Below are positions 19,579-27,672 of a stretch of 35,987 nucleotides of DNA, piece after piece. The notes under the pieces were generated by a model that did not search any database, was not told the origin of the DNA, and worked only from the letters and a program-made list of their open reading frames with translations. How positions within the stretch are numbered: the first letter of the stretch is position 1; each line of letters starts with the position of its first letter. The translations under genes and the position numbers were made by a program. The DNA comes from a virus (taxonomy: Duplodnaviria > Caudoviricetes): the IMG/VR virus record IMGVR_UViG_3300021197_000501, positions 1 through 35,987 of that record; one strand, written 5' to 3'.

Positions 19579-19607
19579 AACTATAACGAAAACATACAGT
19601 TATAGTT
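19579..19607. promoter_or_regulatory. Perfect 9-bp inverted repeat abutting the terS start
   Basis: AACTATAAC-N11-GTTATAGTT, 2 nt from the start codon; no Shine-Dalgarno seen. Confidence 0.5.
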
Positions 19608-19935
19608 CCATCAATAGCAAGTATAAAAAAAAACTTTCTAGGTTAGGAAAAATATCTGGAGAGTATAATACATACCCTACCGATCTGCGCGCGCGTGCAT
19701 GGGGGGGGTGGTTGACCCGTGTAATTTGCCCGCACATTTGACACCTTATAATATAATCGCCCGCCGATTTCATATCACTTTAACTTCCTAAGTAGTTGTA
19801 TTTATTGCACTTATAGTTAATTTCCAGGAAGTGCGCCCGTCTCATTATACTATTTATTTATAGTTATTACTATTTATTACTAGGAATGAGCAATTATAAT
19901 TAGTAAGCTTAGCTAACAACAAACACGGAGTAATC

Positions 19936-20193
19936 ATGAATTTGAATTATTTTAAATTAGAAAATAAAGAACAAGAGCAATTTATTATTGCGTGCCTTGC
20001 AAGGTTAAATGGGTTTTGCGGTAAGCATGAAAAAGTCAAACCGATACTAACAATATCTAATCAGGGCGAAATAGAAATTAAATTTTCTCTTATATATAAG
20101 TATGATAGAATATTAGATGGTAGTTACAAAACCATAGCTAAGTATTTGACAGATGAATTATATAAAACTATGGATGAAGGAAGAGAAGAGTAG
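19936..20193 (+). CDS. Hypothetical protein, first gene of plus-strand (probably early) cassette
   Basis: GGAG RBS (ACACGGAGTAATC-ATG), 85 aa. Confidence 0.75.
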   Translation: MNLNYFKLENKEQEQFIIACLARLNGFCGKHEKVKPILTISNQGEIEIKFSLIYKYDRILDGSYKTIAKYLTDELYKTMDEGREE

Positions 20194-20217
20194 ACTCTTT
20201 TATATAGGGAAAAGTTC

Positions 20218-20251
20218 GGGCGGTTTGTAGCAATTCAGCTATTAACCGCCC
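20218..20251 (+). terminator. Stem-loop (possible terminator/processing site)
   Basis: GGGCGGTT...AACCGCCC arms with an inner TAGC/GCTA pairing, followed by TTAATT. Confidence 0.45.
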
Positions 20252-20287
20252 TTAATTAAACATTTAAAAAACAAACGGAGTAAAATA

Positions 20288-20647
20288 ATGAAACTAAAAG
20301 CAACAAAAAAAGCAATAAAAGAAAACACATATCAAAATTTGATGAGCGTAGGTTATTGTGATTTGCAATTTTTATTAAGATTCAAAAACCCGTTCGCATA
20401 CTCAAGCGGTCAAAATGGTTGGGCTTGTGATTACTACGAACTAGAAAACGATGGCATGAGTTATATTATATCAACGGGCTATAGTCCAATAGGGAAAAGG
20501 CTTCCATATGATTTAATCAAAAAATATGAGAAAATTGCAAGAGACTCAATAGTCTATAATAATAAAATAACGAGGAAAAACCAAAGGCTAGAAAGACTAA
20601 TTAATAAATTTTTAACAGAAGCGGAAAAGCATTTAAATCAAGCTTAA
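20288..20647 (+). CDS. Hypothetical phage protein
   Basis: GGAG RBS; 119 aa with GYC.LQ.LL....P.AY..G..GW.CD.Y...I.TGY.P motif-like core. Confidence 0.8.
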   Translation: MKLKATKKAIKENTYQNLMSVGYCDLQFLLRFKNPFAYSSGQNGWACDYYELENDGMSYIISTGYSPIGKRLPYDLIKKYEKIARDSIVYNNKITRKNQRLERLINKFLTEAEKHLNQA

Positions 20648-20658
20648 TATTGCTCCGT

Positions 20659-20706
20659 GGGAGGGTGGATTAAAAGAACTCCGCAAAGTTACCGCCCTCC
20701 CTTTTT
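20659..20706 (+). terminator. Rho-independent terminator-like hairpin
   Basis: GGGAGGGTGG...CCGCCCTCCC followed by TTTTT. Confidence 0.55.
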
Positions 20707-20733
20707 AAAATTAGATTCAAGGAATAAAGAAAA

Positions 20734-20892
20734 ATGAAAGCAATAAAAAGAGCCACATTAAAAGAAATAAAAAAAGCGGTTAAAACTTTAAATAATAAAG
20801 ATGGTGAAATATTTTATATTAATCATGTTCTACCATTTGATAAGAGATCTATAAACGAGATACTAAACAAGGAGCAACAAAATAATGGATAA
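20734..20892 (+). CDS. Small hypothetical protein (52 aa)
   Basis: Manual translation MKAIKRATLKEIKKAVKTLNN...; AAGGA upstream; fills the gap between neighbours. Confidence 0.55.
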   Translation: MKAIKRATLKEIKKAVKTLNNKDGEIFYINHVLPFDKRSINEILNKEQQNNG

Positions 20893-21040
20893 TACAATAG
20901 CAACATTAATCATAGGCTTTATTTTTTACATAATGAAAGCGCAAAGAGATTTAAATCTAGAACGTATAAATTGCGATAAGTGGAGAGAGACCGCAATTCT
21001 TTTAAATAAGCAATTAAACAAGTTAAACGGGGGCAAGTAA
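20885..21040 (+). CDS. Small membrane-anchored protein (51 aa)
   Basis: AAGGAG RBS; MDNTIATLIIGFIFYIMKAQRDL... hydrophobic N-terminus. Confidence 0.6.
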   Translation: MDNTIATLIIGFIFYIMKAQRDLNLERINCDKWRETAILLNKQLNKLNGGK

Positions 21041-21041
21041 A

Positions 21042-21236
21042 ATGAAGTTGGATAGAATAATTAAGAACTTACAAGGGTATAAGAAGAAATACGGAAACCT
21101 AGACATAGTTTATGCTAGTGATGATGAATGCAATAGGGTTGAGGACGTTAAATTTGACCCTACACCGATGAAAAAAGGTAAAGACGGGTATTATGATACC
21201 GAAACCAAAAAACCCACGCATATTTGCGTTAATTAA
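21042..21236 (+). CDS. Hypothetical phage protein
   Basis: 64 aa, YG.L.IVYASDDE.N motif; tightly packed with neighbours. Confidence 0.7.
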   Translation: MKLDRIIKNLQGYKKKYGNLDIVYASDDECNRVEDVKFDPTPMKKGKDGYYDTETKKPTHICVN

Positions 21237-21237
21237 G

Positions 21238-21411
21238 ATGAAGTATTACACATCGCATAAAACAATGAAAAACCTAATTGAGTTTTTACGATGGTTAACC
21301 TTAAACATACATAAAGGTTTACTATTAATGGACATCAAAGATTGGGAGATTAAAAAACGAGGTAAGCATTATGACCTATATTTAGATTATGATGCAAAGG
21401 AGGTGAAATAG
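21238..21411 (+). CDS. Hypothetical protein
   Basis: Track ORF 21193..21411; the internal ATG at 21238 avoids overlap and is the likelier start. Confidence 0.55.
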   Translation: MKYYTSHKTMKNLIEFLRWLTLNIHKGLLLMDIKDWEIKKRGKHYDLYLDYDAKEVK

Positions 21412-22034
21412 TGAAAATATTAATAGCTTGTGAGGAAAGCCAAACCATAACCAAAGCATTCAGAAAAAAAGGTCACGAGGCATATAGTTGTGACCTTCAA
21501 GCAGAAAGCGGAGGACATCCCGAATGGCATATAAAAGGAGATGCATTAAAGGAAGCATATAGCGGTAAATATGATTTAATGATAGCGCACCCGCCTTGTA
21601 CATACTTAGCGGTAAGCGGTGCTAGATGGATGTATAATAAAGATGGTTCACGGAATGAAGAAAGATGGAATAACCAATTAGATGCATTAGAATTTGTACA
21701 GAAATTAATGGATGCACCTATTGATAAGATAGCGGTAGAGAATCCCGTATCCGTTATATCAAGTCAAATTAGAAAACCTGATCAAATCATACAACCTTAT
21801 CATTTTGGAGATGAAGCAACCAAGACTACTTGTTTATGGTTAAAAGGTTTACCATTGTTGACCCATACCAATGTAGTGGGTAAAGGTGAAAAAGTAACGT
21901 ATAAAAGTGGTAAGTCTCACCCTAAATGGTATGCAGATGCATTAAGCAAAGCCAAGACCAAAGCAGAAAGACAGAAGTTAAGAAGTAAAACGTTTAAAGG
22001 TATAGCAAATGCGATCGTAGATCAATGGGGTTAA
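21411..22034 (+). CDS. Short DNA cytosine-5 methyltransferase-like protein
   Basis: AGGAGG RBS; ILIACEES (motif I variant), SCDL, DLMIAHPPCT (catalytic PC), ENP, K.TCLW, RS.TF.GIA.A...QWG. Confidence 0.8.
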   Translation: MKILIACEESQTITKAFRKKGHEAYSCDLQAESGGHPEWHIKGDALKEAYSGKYDLMIAHPPCTYLAVSGARWMYNKDGSRNEERWNNQLDALEFVQKLMDAPIDKIAVENPVSVISSQIRKPDQIIQPYHFGDEATKTTCLWLKGLPLLTHTNVVGKGEKVTYKSGKSHPKWYADALSKAKTKAERQKLRSKTFKGIANAIVDQWG

Positions 22035-22035
22035 T

Positions 22036-22209
22036 ATGTATATAGTAATGATTTATTCAGATTCAACAGACCCTTGGGCATATGGTTCATTCAAGAATAT
22101 GACTTCAGCAGCTGAGTACAAAAAGAAATATCAAGCATCCTGGACAGATCGAGATTGGGATTCGTTAACCGCACATATAATAAAAGTAGAAAATAGGAGA
22201 ATAAAATGA
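22036..22209 (+). CDS. Small hypothetical protein (57 aa)
   Basis: Manual translation MYIVMIYSDSTDPWAYGSFKNMTSAAEY...; ATGA overlap with the next gene. Confidence 0.6.
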   Translation: MYIVMIYSDSTDPWAYGSFKNMTSAAEYKKKYQASWTDRDWDSLTAHIIKVENRRIK

Positions 22210-22631
22210 AAAGCACATCAAATCACGATAAAATAATGAAAAGATATAGTTGGGAATCCGAAGAGCTATTTCAATTAAGAAAAATTAAATACAAATTGAT
22301 TGTTGTTTGTGAAAAACCAAGTATGAGTAATTTTGCTAGCTTATGTGGTCTTGTAGAAGCTGAAGAAACTAGATTAATTAAAAGAGATTCCTATGAAAAT
22401 AACAATAAAATAGAAGTTCCAATCATGTATTATACAGATGATGAAACAAATGAAAGGGTATATGATATTGAGGAAATGGCAAATGAGTTTGAAAATAGGA
22501 TCAGCAGAATAACCAAAGTTAGTGTTATGTGTTCTATTGTTGAAGATGAAGAAATCAAAACTTCTGAATGTTGCGGTAAGGAGATGCATGAGGATTATGA
22601 TCTCTGCCCCAAATGTTTAGAACATACATAG
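22206..22631 (+). CDS. Hypothetical protein with C-terminal Zn-ribbon
   Basis: AGGAG RBS; ends SECCG...LCPKCLEH. Confidence 0.7.
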   Translation: MKSTSNHDKIMKRYSWESEELFQLRKIKYKLIVVCEKPSMSNFASLCGLVEAEETRLIKRDSYENNNKIEVPIMYYTDDETNERVYDIEEMANEFENRISRITKVSVMCSIVEDEEIKTSECCGKEMHEDYDLCPKCLEHT

Positions 22632-22832
22632 TTAACCATAATATCTAGACACCTTAAAATAATCTTGCTCGGGTTTACAACTTGGGCAAGGTTTCTTTTT
22701 TAATCCATACTTTGGTAAGCTAGACCAATACCAAATATCCATGTGAACATTTCTATTTTGCTTATATTTTATGATCCTTCTAAATTCATAAACTCCACAA
22801 TTATCACATAATTTTAATCCACTAAATATCAT
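22632..22832 (-). CDS. Small Zn-finger protein
   Basis: CDNC...CPSC; AAAGGA upstream; converges on the plus-strand cassette. Confidence 0.6.
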   Translation of the reverse strand: MIFSGLKLCDNCGVYEFRRIIKYKQNRNVHMDIWYWSSLPKYGLKKKPCPSCKPEQDYFKVSRYYG

Positions 22833-22856
22833 ATCTAATCCTTTTTTTTAGTTAAC

Positions 22857-22958
22857 AAATAACCCCGTTCATTATATAGTGGTTATATGGTTATATTCCT
22901 CGAGAAACCAAATCAGTAAAACACCCCAAATAACCAAATAACCATAAAATAACCATAT
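22857..22958. repeat. ATAACCA/TGGTTAT direct and inverted short repeats (candidate replication origin)
   Basis: TGGTTAT at 22880 and 22888; ATAACCA at 22930, 22938 and 22949; non-coding, directly downstream of the primase-helicase. Confidence 0.55.
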
Positions 22959-22963
22959 AGGTT

Positions 22964-24883
22964 TTAGTCCATTTCTTCATGGTTAAATGAGTATAATCCG
23001 TGAGATTCTTTCATAATATAACCCCACTTTACCATTGTTTTTAAATAGCGGGTAAGCTTATTATTTATATTGTAAGTGGTAGGCATCCAACCTTTGGAAG
23101 CTTCTAAAAACCCCCACATCTCTTTGCGATTAAACTTCTCTTTCTTACTATAAACGTAAAACTCTTTTATGATTTCAATCTCCCATTTATCGGAGGCTTC
23201 CACACAATGTAGTTTCTCATTTACGATTACTGCCCCCCGTTCAAATAAGACTTCTTCCCGATTCCAATTTAATTTAAAGGGTTCACCATTTAATTCACAA
23301 TGCTCATCCCTTACTTTTGTTATCTTACCTCTTCTAAGGTCTGTAGCCAGGGTAGACTCCCCGATCTGTATTACATTGTGTACATAGTTGGTTAAATGTT
23401 TTCCCCCGTGTATTAAGCCTTTTGTAAGTATTGGCTCTTCATCATGGTTGTTGCTCTTATTGTGATGCCCCACCAGGACAATAGAGTTGCCTGTCGTACT
23501 CTTAATGTGTTGGATCATCGACAGGATTTGTTGCAAGGCATTATTATCGGATAGGTCTTGGTTAGTACTCGTATATATATTGTCCACGATTACCACTCCA
23601 TCTCGTAGTGCCATATCTTCGATAGTATCCTTGATCTTTTGCCATTGATCCGTAAACATCATATCATCATCATTGAATAAAGCCATGCGCACATTTGTTC
23701 CCATAGGGAAGTTCACTTGCATTGCCTTCACTCTGTTGGATAGTTGTTCAGGGGATAACTCAAATTGTATTAATAATACCTCTTTTTGCATTACAGGAAA
23801 GCCTAAAAACTCTTTACCTGATGCAATAGCATACGCCATTTGTAGCACAAACCAAGTCTTCCCGACTCCATCTGTTCCAGCGACTAGGGATACACCACCC
23901 TCATACAAGAGGTATTGAATAATAGGATCAGGTGGCTTGTTATATGTATTGGTGAGTTCCGAGGTATCTATAACATTGTACCCCCGTGCCGCTAGTTTAA
24001 ATTCTACCGCATTAGTGATAGAAGCCTTTAGTTCTTTATACTTATAGGATGAATCCTCTTTGAACTTGGTAAACTCATCCCGTATATCATATCCTTCAGG
24101 TAGGTATTCACTCCATTGACAGATATACACTCTGATACCCCGACTCTCGGTCTTAATCCGTTGCGCCAGGCGTTCTGCACCTTCTCTTCCTGGCGAGTCA
24201 TTATCATATGCAATGTATATTTGCTTAAACTCTAGGATGTCTGATATATTATCAGGGATAGATCCCGCTCCTGCACTAAAGGAAATACTATTATTAGGAC
24301 ATACAAGCATATCGGTTTCCCCCTCACATATAATAAGGGGTTCATCCCGTTTATACTTACCTAAAAGATTAAGACCATATATTTGGCAAGACTTATCTCC
24401 ATGACTCCAATAAGACTTGTGTATCTTTATCCCTGTAGTATTCCCGTCTTTGTCCAGGTAGTTGAATACCTTTAATCCATCCTCTGTATAGCCTACCTTC
24501 ATCTCTTTTAGTTTTGGTAGAGATTTAATGTGTTCTTTCGGCACATTATCTATATAAGCTTGAGCCACCTCTTCAATGTTCCCTTCTATTTTAGGTTTCT
24601 TTGGTGGTGTAGGCGGTTTAGGTGCTTTAGTTTTGGTTACCTCGCCATTAATCATCTTTTCGGGGTTGCGCATATTCAGTTGTTTTGCTAATAGATATGC
24701 GTTTCCCTTGTAACCACATGAAAAGCATTTACATTGTCCATTTTCAATAGAGAAAGAAAAGGAAGGTTTAGAATCATCGTGCGTACCCAAAGGACAACTT
24801 CCTTTCCCTTGAGTCCCATTGTATTTTATCTTCTCTACTCGTACTTCATATTCATAAAACCATTGAAAATCAGGCATCGTCAA
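22964..24883 (-). CDS. Primase-helicase fusion (Zn-binding + TOPRIM + RecA-like SF4/AAA_25 helicase)
   Basis: CP..H.D..PS......CFSC zinc domain; ICEGETD and AYDND..G TOPRIM motifs; Walker A GTDGVGKT, VVIVDN, LVGHHNK. Confidence 0.92.
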   Translation of the reverse strand: MTMPDFQWFYEYEVRVEKIKYNGTQGKGSCPLGTHDDSKPSFSFSIENGQCKCFSCGYKGNAYLLAKQLNMRNPEKMINGEVTKTKAPKPPTPPKKPKIEGNIEEVAQAYIDNVPKEHIKSLPKLKEMKVGYTEDGLKVFNYLDKDGNTTGIKIHKSYWSHGDKSCQIYGLNLLGKYKRDEPLIICEGETDMLVCPNNSISFSAGAGSIPDNISDILEFKQIYIAYDNDSPGREGAERLAQRIKTESRGIRVYICQWSEYLPEGYDIRDEFTKFKEDSSYKYKELKASITNAVEFKLAARGYNVIDTSELTNTYNKPPDPIIQYLLYEGGVSLVAGTDGVGKTWFVLQMAYAIASGKEFLGFPVMQKEVLLIQFELSPEQLSNRVKAMQVNFPMGTNVRMALFNDDDMMFTDQWQKIKDTIEDMALRDGVVIVDNIYTSTNQDLSDNNALQQILSMIQHIKSTTGNSIVLVGHHNKSNNHDEEPILTKGLIHGGKHLTNYVHNVIQIGESTLATDLRRGKITKVRDEHCELNGEPFKLNWNREEVLFERGAVIVNEKLHCVEASDKWEIEIIKEFYVYSKKEKFNRKEMWGFLEASKGWMPTTYNINNKLTRYLKTMVKWGYIMKESHGLYSFNHEEMD

Positions 24884-25214
24884 TTAACTCTGCAAATGTT
24901 TTTTCTTCGTGATCCATTGCCCATAACATAATAGAATAGTTCACCAAGTCCTGACACCTGGATTTAATTCCCTCTGATCCTTCATTTCCATATAAAACAT
25001 AGGTACGAATAGAATCCATATGCTTTAACATATAGGTTAACAGAACAAGTTTAGGGTCTAAATTCAATCTCTCTCCAATAGAACGGAAGTTTCTGAACTT
25101 ATCCGCTGTATTTGACCCATCATCTATCGTGTATTCCTTACCTTTTTCCAATTGAATCTCTTTACACTCTTCTAAAAAGATTTCACTTAACTTAAAAAAC
25201 GTATCAACTTTCAT
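24870..25214 (-). CDS. All-alpha nucleotide-modification-associated / MazG-like protein (DUF1599-like)
   Basis: KG.EY......D.F.NF...KH.D.I....SE.I..R..DL.NY pattern; GGAGG RBS. Confidence 0.55.
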   Translation of the reverse strand: MKVDTFFKLSEIFLEECKEIQLEKGKEYTIDDGSNTADKFRNFRSIGERLNLDPKLVLLTYMLKHMDSIRTYVLYGNEGSEGIKSRCQDLVNYSIMLWAMDHEEKTFAELIDDA

Positions 25215-25383
25215 ATCCTACCTCCATGTAGTAATTATTCCTATTATTCTTTACTGGTTTTCTTGTCTTCGGGGTCTTGTTTATACACTTACCCCATCGT
25301 GTTGCTGCATCTCTCAACTGCTCAAGAATCTCCGATGCAGAAAGATTCTCTTCTATTTCCAGGACTAATGTAAAATACACCAT
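25204..25383 (-). CDS. Small hypothetical protein (59 aa)
   Basis: Manual translation MVYFTLVLEIEENLSASEILEQLRDAATRWG...; fills the gap. Confidence 0.55.
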   Translation of the reverse strand: MVYFTLVLEIEENLSASEILEQLRDAATRWGKCINKTPKTRKPVKNNRNNYYMEVGYES

Positions 25384-25386
25384 TTG

Positions 25387-26406
25387 TTATTTATCCTGAT
25401 TATATAGCAATGTATACATTTTCTCACCTACTGCCTGTACAACATCTACTGTAACTGCATTCCCGCATTGCTTATATCTTTGTGTATCGCTCATATCGAC
25501 TACTTTGACATCTATGATACCTTTACTTGTCCAATAATCTGGAAAACCTTGCAATCGTTCACATTCTTTTGGTGTTAGTCTTCGTATATTTGTACGATTT
25601 GGCGTTAATACTGGTTGAATTGTATGTTGATGTTGTATTGTTTCTAAACTCTGTGCATATCCTTTTGTAACTCTTCCACGCCTTGTTTTACTTGTAGGTC
25701 TTTCTAAATTAATCGCATCACCAACCTCTGCTTCTGCGTAACCTTTCTTCGTGGCTTCAGTAATCATAGTCATTTCTTTGTAGTTGCCACCTGAGTGTCC
25801 TGGATGTTGGAGTGTACTTGCGACTTTTGCATTCCTGTTGTTAGAGATTTTACTTGGTTCTCCGAAAGGAAATACTTTTGATCCACTTCCGTCTCCAATA
25901 TATCCGACAATATATATCCGCTCTCTATTTTGGGGTAGCCACCAGCGAGTATTAAGTAATTGGAACTCAATGGTATACCCAAGGTTATTAAGAACTCGGT
26001 AGATTGTAGCAAATGTTCGTCCATTGTCGTGAGAAAGTAAGCCTTTAACATTTTCGAGTAGAAAACAAGAGATTGGCTTTCCAATGTCTCGGTAATGTCG
26101 GAGAATCCTTGCGATTTCAAAAAAAAGAGTACCTCTGGTGTCATCGAAACCTTTTCGTTTTCCAGCCACGCTAAATGCTTGGCACGGAAATCCTCCACAA
26201 AGGATGTCAATGTAATCTGGTAAATCTCGTTCTGGTTGAATAGTTGTAATGTCACCTAATTCCTCCGAATCTTTAAATTTATGTTTATAAACTGCACTTG
26301 CATACTTATCGACTTCACTAAAGCCAACCCAATTAAATGTAAAACCAGCTTGTTTAAGTCCAAGATGAAAGCCACCTATTCCACTAAATAGATCAAGTAG
26401 TCTCAT
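25387..26406 (-). CDS. dcm: DNA (cytosine-5) methyltransferase
   Basis: DLFSGIGG (I), GGFPCQAFS (IV), ENVKG (VI), QNRERIY (VIII), RRLTP.ECERLQGFP, YKQCGNAV (X). Confidence 0.95.
   Translation of the reverse strand: MRLLDLFSGIGGFHLGLKQAGFTFNWVGFSEVDKYASAVYKHKFKDSEELGDITTIQPERDLPDYIDILCGGFPCQAFSVAGKRKGFDDTRGTLFFEIARILRHYRDIGKPISCFLLENVKGLLSHDNGRTFATIYRVLNNLGYTIEFQLLNTRWWLPQNRERIYIVGYIGDGSGSKVFPFGEPSKISNNRNAKVASTLQHPGHSGGNYKEMTMITEATKKGYAEAEVGDAINLERPTSKTRRGRVTKGYAQSLETIQHQHTIQPVLTPNRTNIRRLTPKECERLQGFPDYWTSKGIIDVKVVDMSDTQRYKQCGNAVTVDVVQAVGEKMYTLLYNQDK
25770..26255 (-). CDS. Nested +1-frame ORF in the MTase gene; putative second (beta-like) MTase polypeptide
   Basis: 161 codons open; GGAGGA 5 nt before the GTG; contains LSDILETEVDQKYFLS, a segment found after motif VIII in many single-chain C5 MTases and absent from the main frame here. 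Confidence 0.7.
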   Translation of the reverse strand: MTLQLFNQNEIYQITLTSFVEDFRAKHLAWLENEKVSMTPEVLFFLKSQGFSDITETLESQSLVFYSKMLKAYFLTTMDEHLLQSTEFLITLGIPLSSNYLILAGGYPKIESGYILSDILETEVDQKYFLSENQVKSLTTGMQKSQVHSNIQDTQVATTKK

Positions 26407-26699
26407 TTATTTAACCAATCATCTAACTTCACCAAGACAATGGTTTCTCCTCGATCTTCTCGTGTCATTACTAGATCACAATTCCCAAATGCTAACCATT
26501 TAGGGATAGTTCTTCTTCTTTTTGCTTGTATTTTAAGCGATTTTCCGTCCTTATTCGCCAAAATATCCACATCTTCTGTTAAACCCATGCTTCTACCATC
26601 CGAACCCCACGCTCGTTTTACATCATATCCTTCTTTGGATAGTCTGTCCACAAGTTCACGTTCATAGGTATTGCCTTTTGATTTTGATTTACTTGCCAC
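26403..26699 (-). CDS. Holliday junction resolvase (Hjc-like PD-(D/E)XK)
   Basis: KG..YERE....L...G....R..GS.......VDI........IQAK motif. Confidence 0.8.
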   Translation of the reverse strand: MASKSKSKGNTYERELVDRLSKEGYDVKRAWGSDGRSMGLTEDVDILANKDGKSLKIQAKRRRTIPKWLAFGNCDLVMTREDRGETIVLVKLDDWLNK

Positions 26700-27096
26700 T
26701 ATCTTCCACCGCCTTTAAGAATTGAGTTATTAAATCCGCAACCATATCTTTCATCTTCAGGTTCTTCTCAAAGCAAAATACTCTTAATTTTGAGTATATC
26801 TTTGCATCAATAGAGAGTCTATGTCTGTTACTTAGTTGCGCTCTTTGTTTGTGCCGCGAGTTTAGTTCAGGTTGCATCTTTTTAATTAGCTTACTTTCTA
26901 AATCAGTTGCGCGCCCAAAAGAGGTCGCGGGTTTCACCTTAATATAATCCCATTGATCTACATTATACTTACTAAATCGTTTCCGTATATTTTTACTAAC
27001 CCCAACGTACACAACTTGATCTTTTTTATACATCACATATACACCGCACATCATAGGCAAGTCTTTCTTATCTCTATATATTTGCCATTTACTCAT
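26689..27096 (-). CDS. GIY-YIG domain protein with C-terminal ribbon-helix-helix-like segment
   Basis: GVY.......VVYVG.S.N.RKR...E..LI....P.LN; tail LSIDAKIYSKLRVFC......MK.MV..LI. ATG at 27096 preferred to the track start at 27120. Confidence 0.7.
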   Translation of the reverse strand: MSKWQIYRDKKDLPMMCGVYVMYKKDQVVYVGVSKNIRKRFSKYNVDQWDYIKVKPATSFGRATDLESKLIKKMQPELNSRHKQRAQLSNRHRLSIDAKIYSKLRVFCFEKNLKMKDMVADLITQFLKAVEDSGK

Positions 27097-27223
27097 AGGT
27101 AAACCTTTCGATAAGAACACTAATTACGACAAATATAAGTGCTAAAGAACTAACCCAAAAGAAAATACCCATTCCTAACACTAATATATTGGCTACCCAT
27201 TCTGCTATACTAAACATAATCAT
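27089..27223 (-). CDS. Small membrane protein (44 aa)
   Basis: Manual translation MIMFSIAEWVANILVLGMGIFFWVSSLALIFVVISVLIERFTYE; AAGGGG upstream. Confidence 0.6.
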   Translation of the reverse strand: MIMFSIAEWVANILVLGMGIFFWVSSLALIFVVISVLIERFTYE

Positions 27224-27325
27224 ACTTACCCCTTTTTTTTATTCATTAAATACATTCTACACCCCACATACTTACGCGCCAACACAAGTAGTTTCATTTG
27301 CCAAGAACCTTTTACCCTTGTATCC

Positions 27326-27532
27326 CTACTTATTAAGATCATTGGTCAATTCGGGTTGCAAGTCATCTGACTTTGTTTGTGAGGCGTAGAAATTCTTTTC
27401 CATAGTATCTAGTCGGTCTAATAAATGTTGTATTTTTGTAATAGATTTTCTTTCTTGCGTTATTTTAAGTTTTAATAATCTACTAGCTAATCCTTGCTTT
27501 ATTTGATATAAGTCATTGGTTGTAATCTTCAT
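27326..27532 (-). CDS. Hypothetical protein
   Basis: 68 aa, GAGGA RBS, ATGA coupling. Confidence 0.65.
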   Translation of the reverse strand: MKITTNDLYQIKQGLASRLLKLKITQERKSITKIQHLLDRLDTMEKNFYASQTKSDDLQPELTNDLNK

Positions 27533-27672
27533 TTTCTCTTCCTCTTTACAGGTAAAACACCTTTAAAATACATCTCTAAATACCAGGTATTATCTTCTCT
27601 TAAAAAATCGTCACGCATCTTCAGCATCTCTTCATCAGTATAATTATATCGTTTTAATACGTTCTTTTTCAT
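27529..27672 (-). CDS. Small hypothetical protein (47 aa)
   Basis: Manual translation MKKNVLKRYNYTDEEMLKMRDDFLRED...; GGAG upstream. Confidence 0.55.
   Translation of the reverse strand: MKKNVLKRYNYTDEEMLKMRDDFLREDNTWYLEMYFKGVLPVKRKRK

Noticed and set aside
19553-19741. 62-aa plus-strand ORF across the intergenic control region
   Set aside because: No RBS, overlaps the terS start antisense and spans low-complexity G/C tracts.
22857-22958. CRISPR mini-array
   Set aside because: Repeats are only 7-9 bp with no spacer-length intervals. The Cas4-like gene is a common stand-alone phage nuclease.
24028-24213. Alternative-frame ORF inside the primase (also 28144..28335 and 22374..22589)
   Set aside because: Short, with no RBS or motif noticed; expected by chance, unlike the nested MTase ORF.
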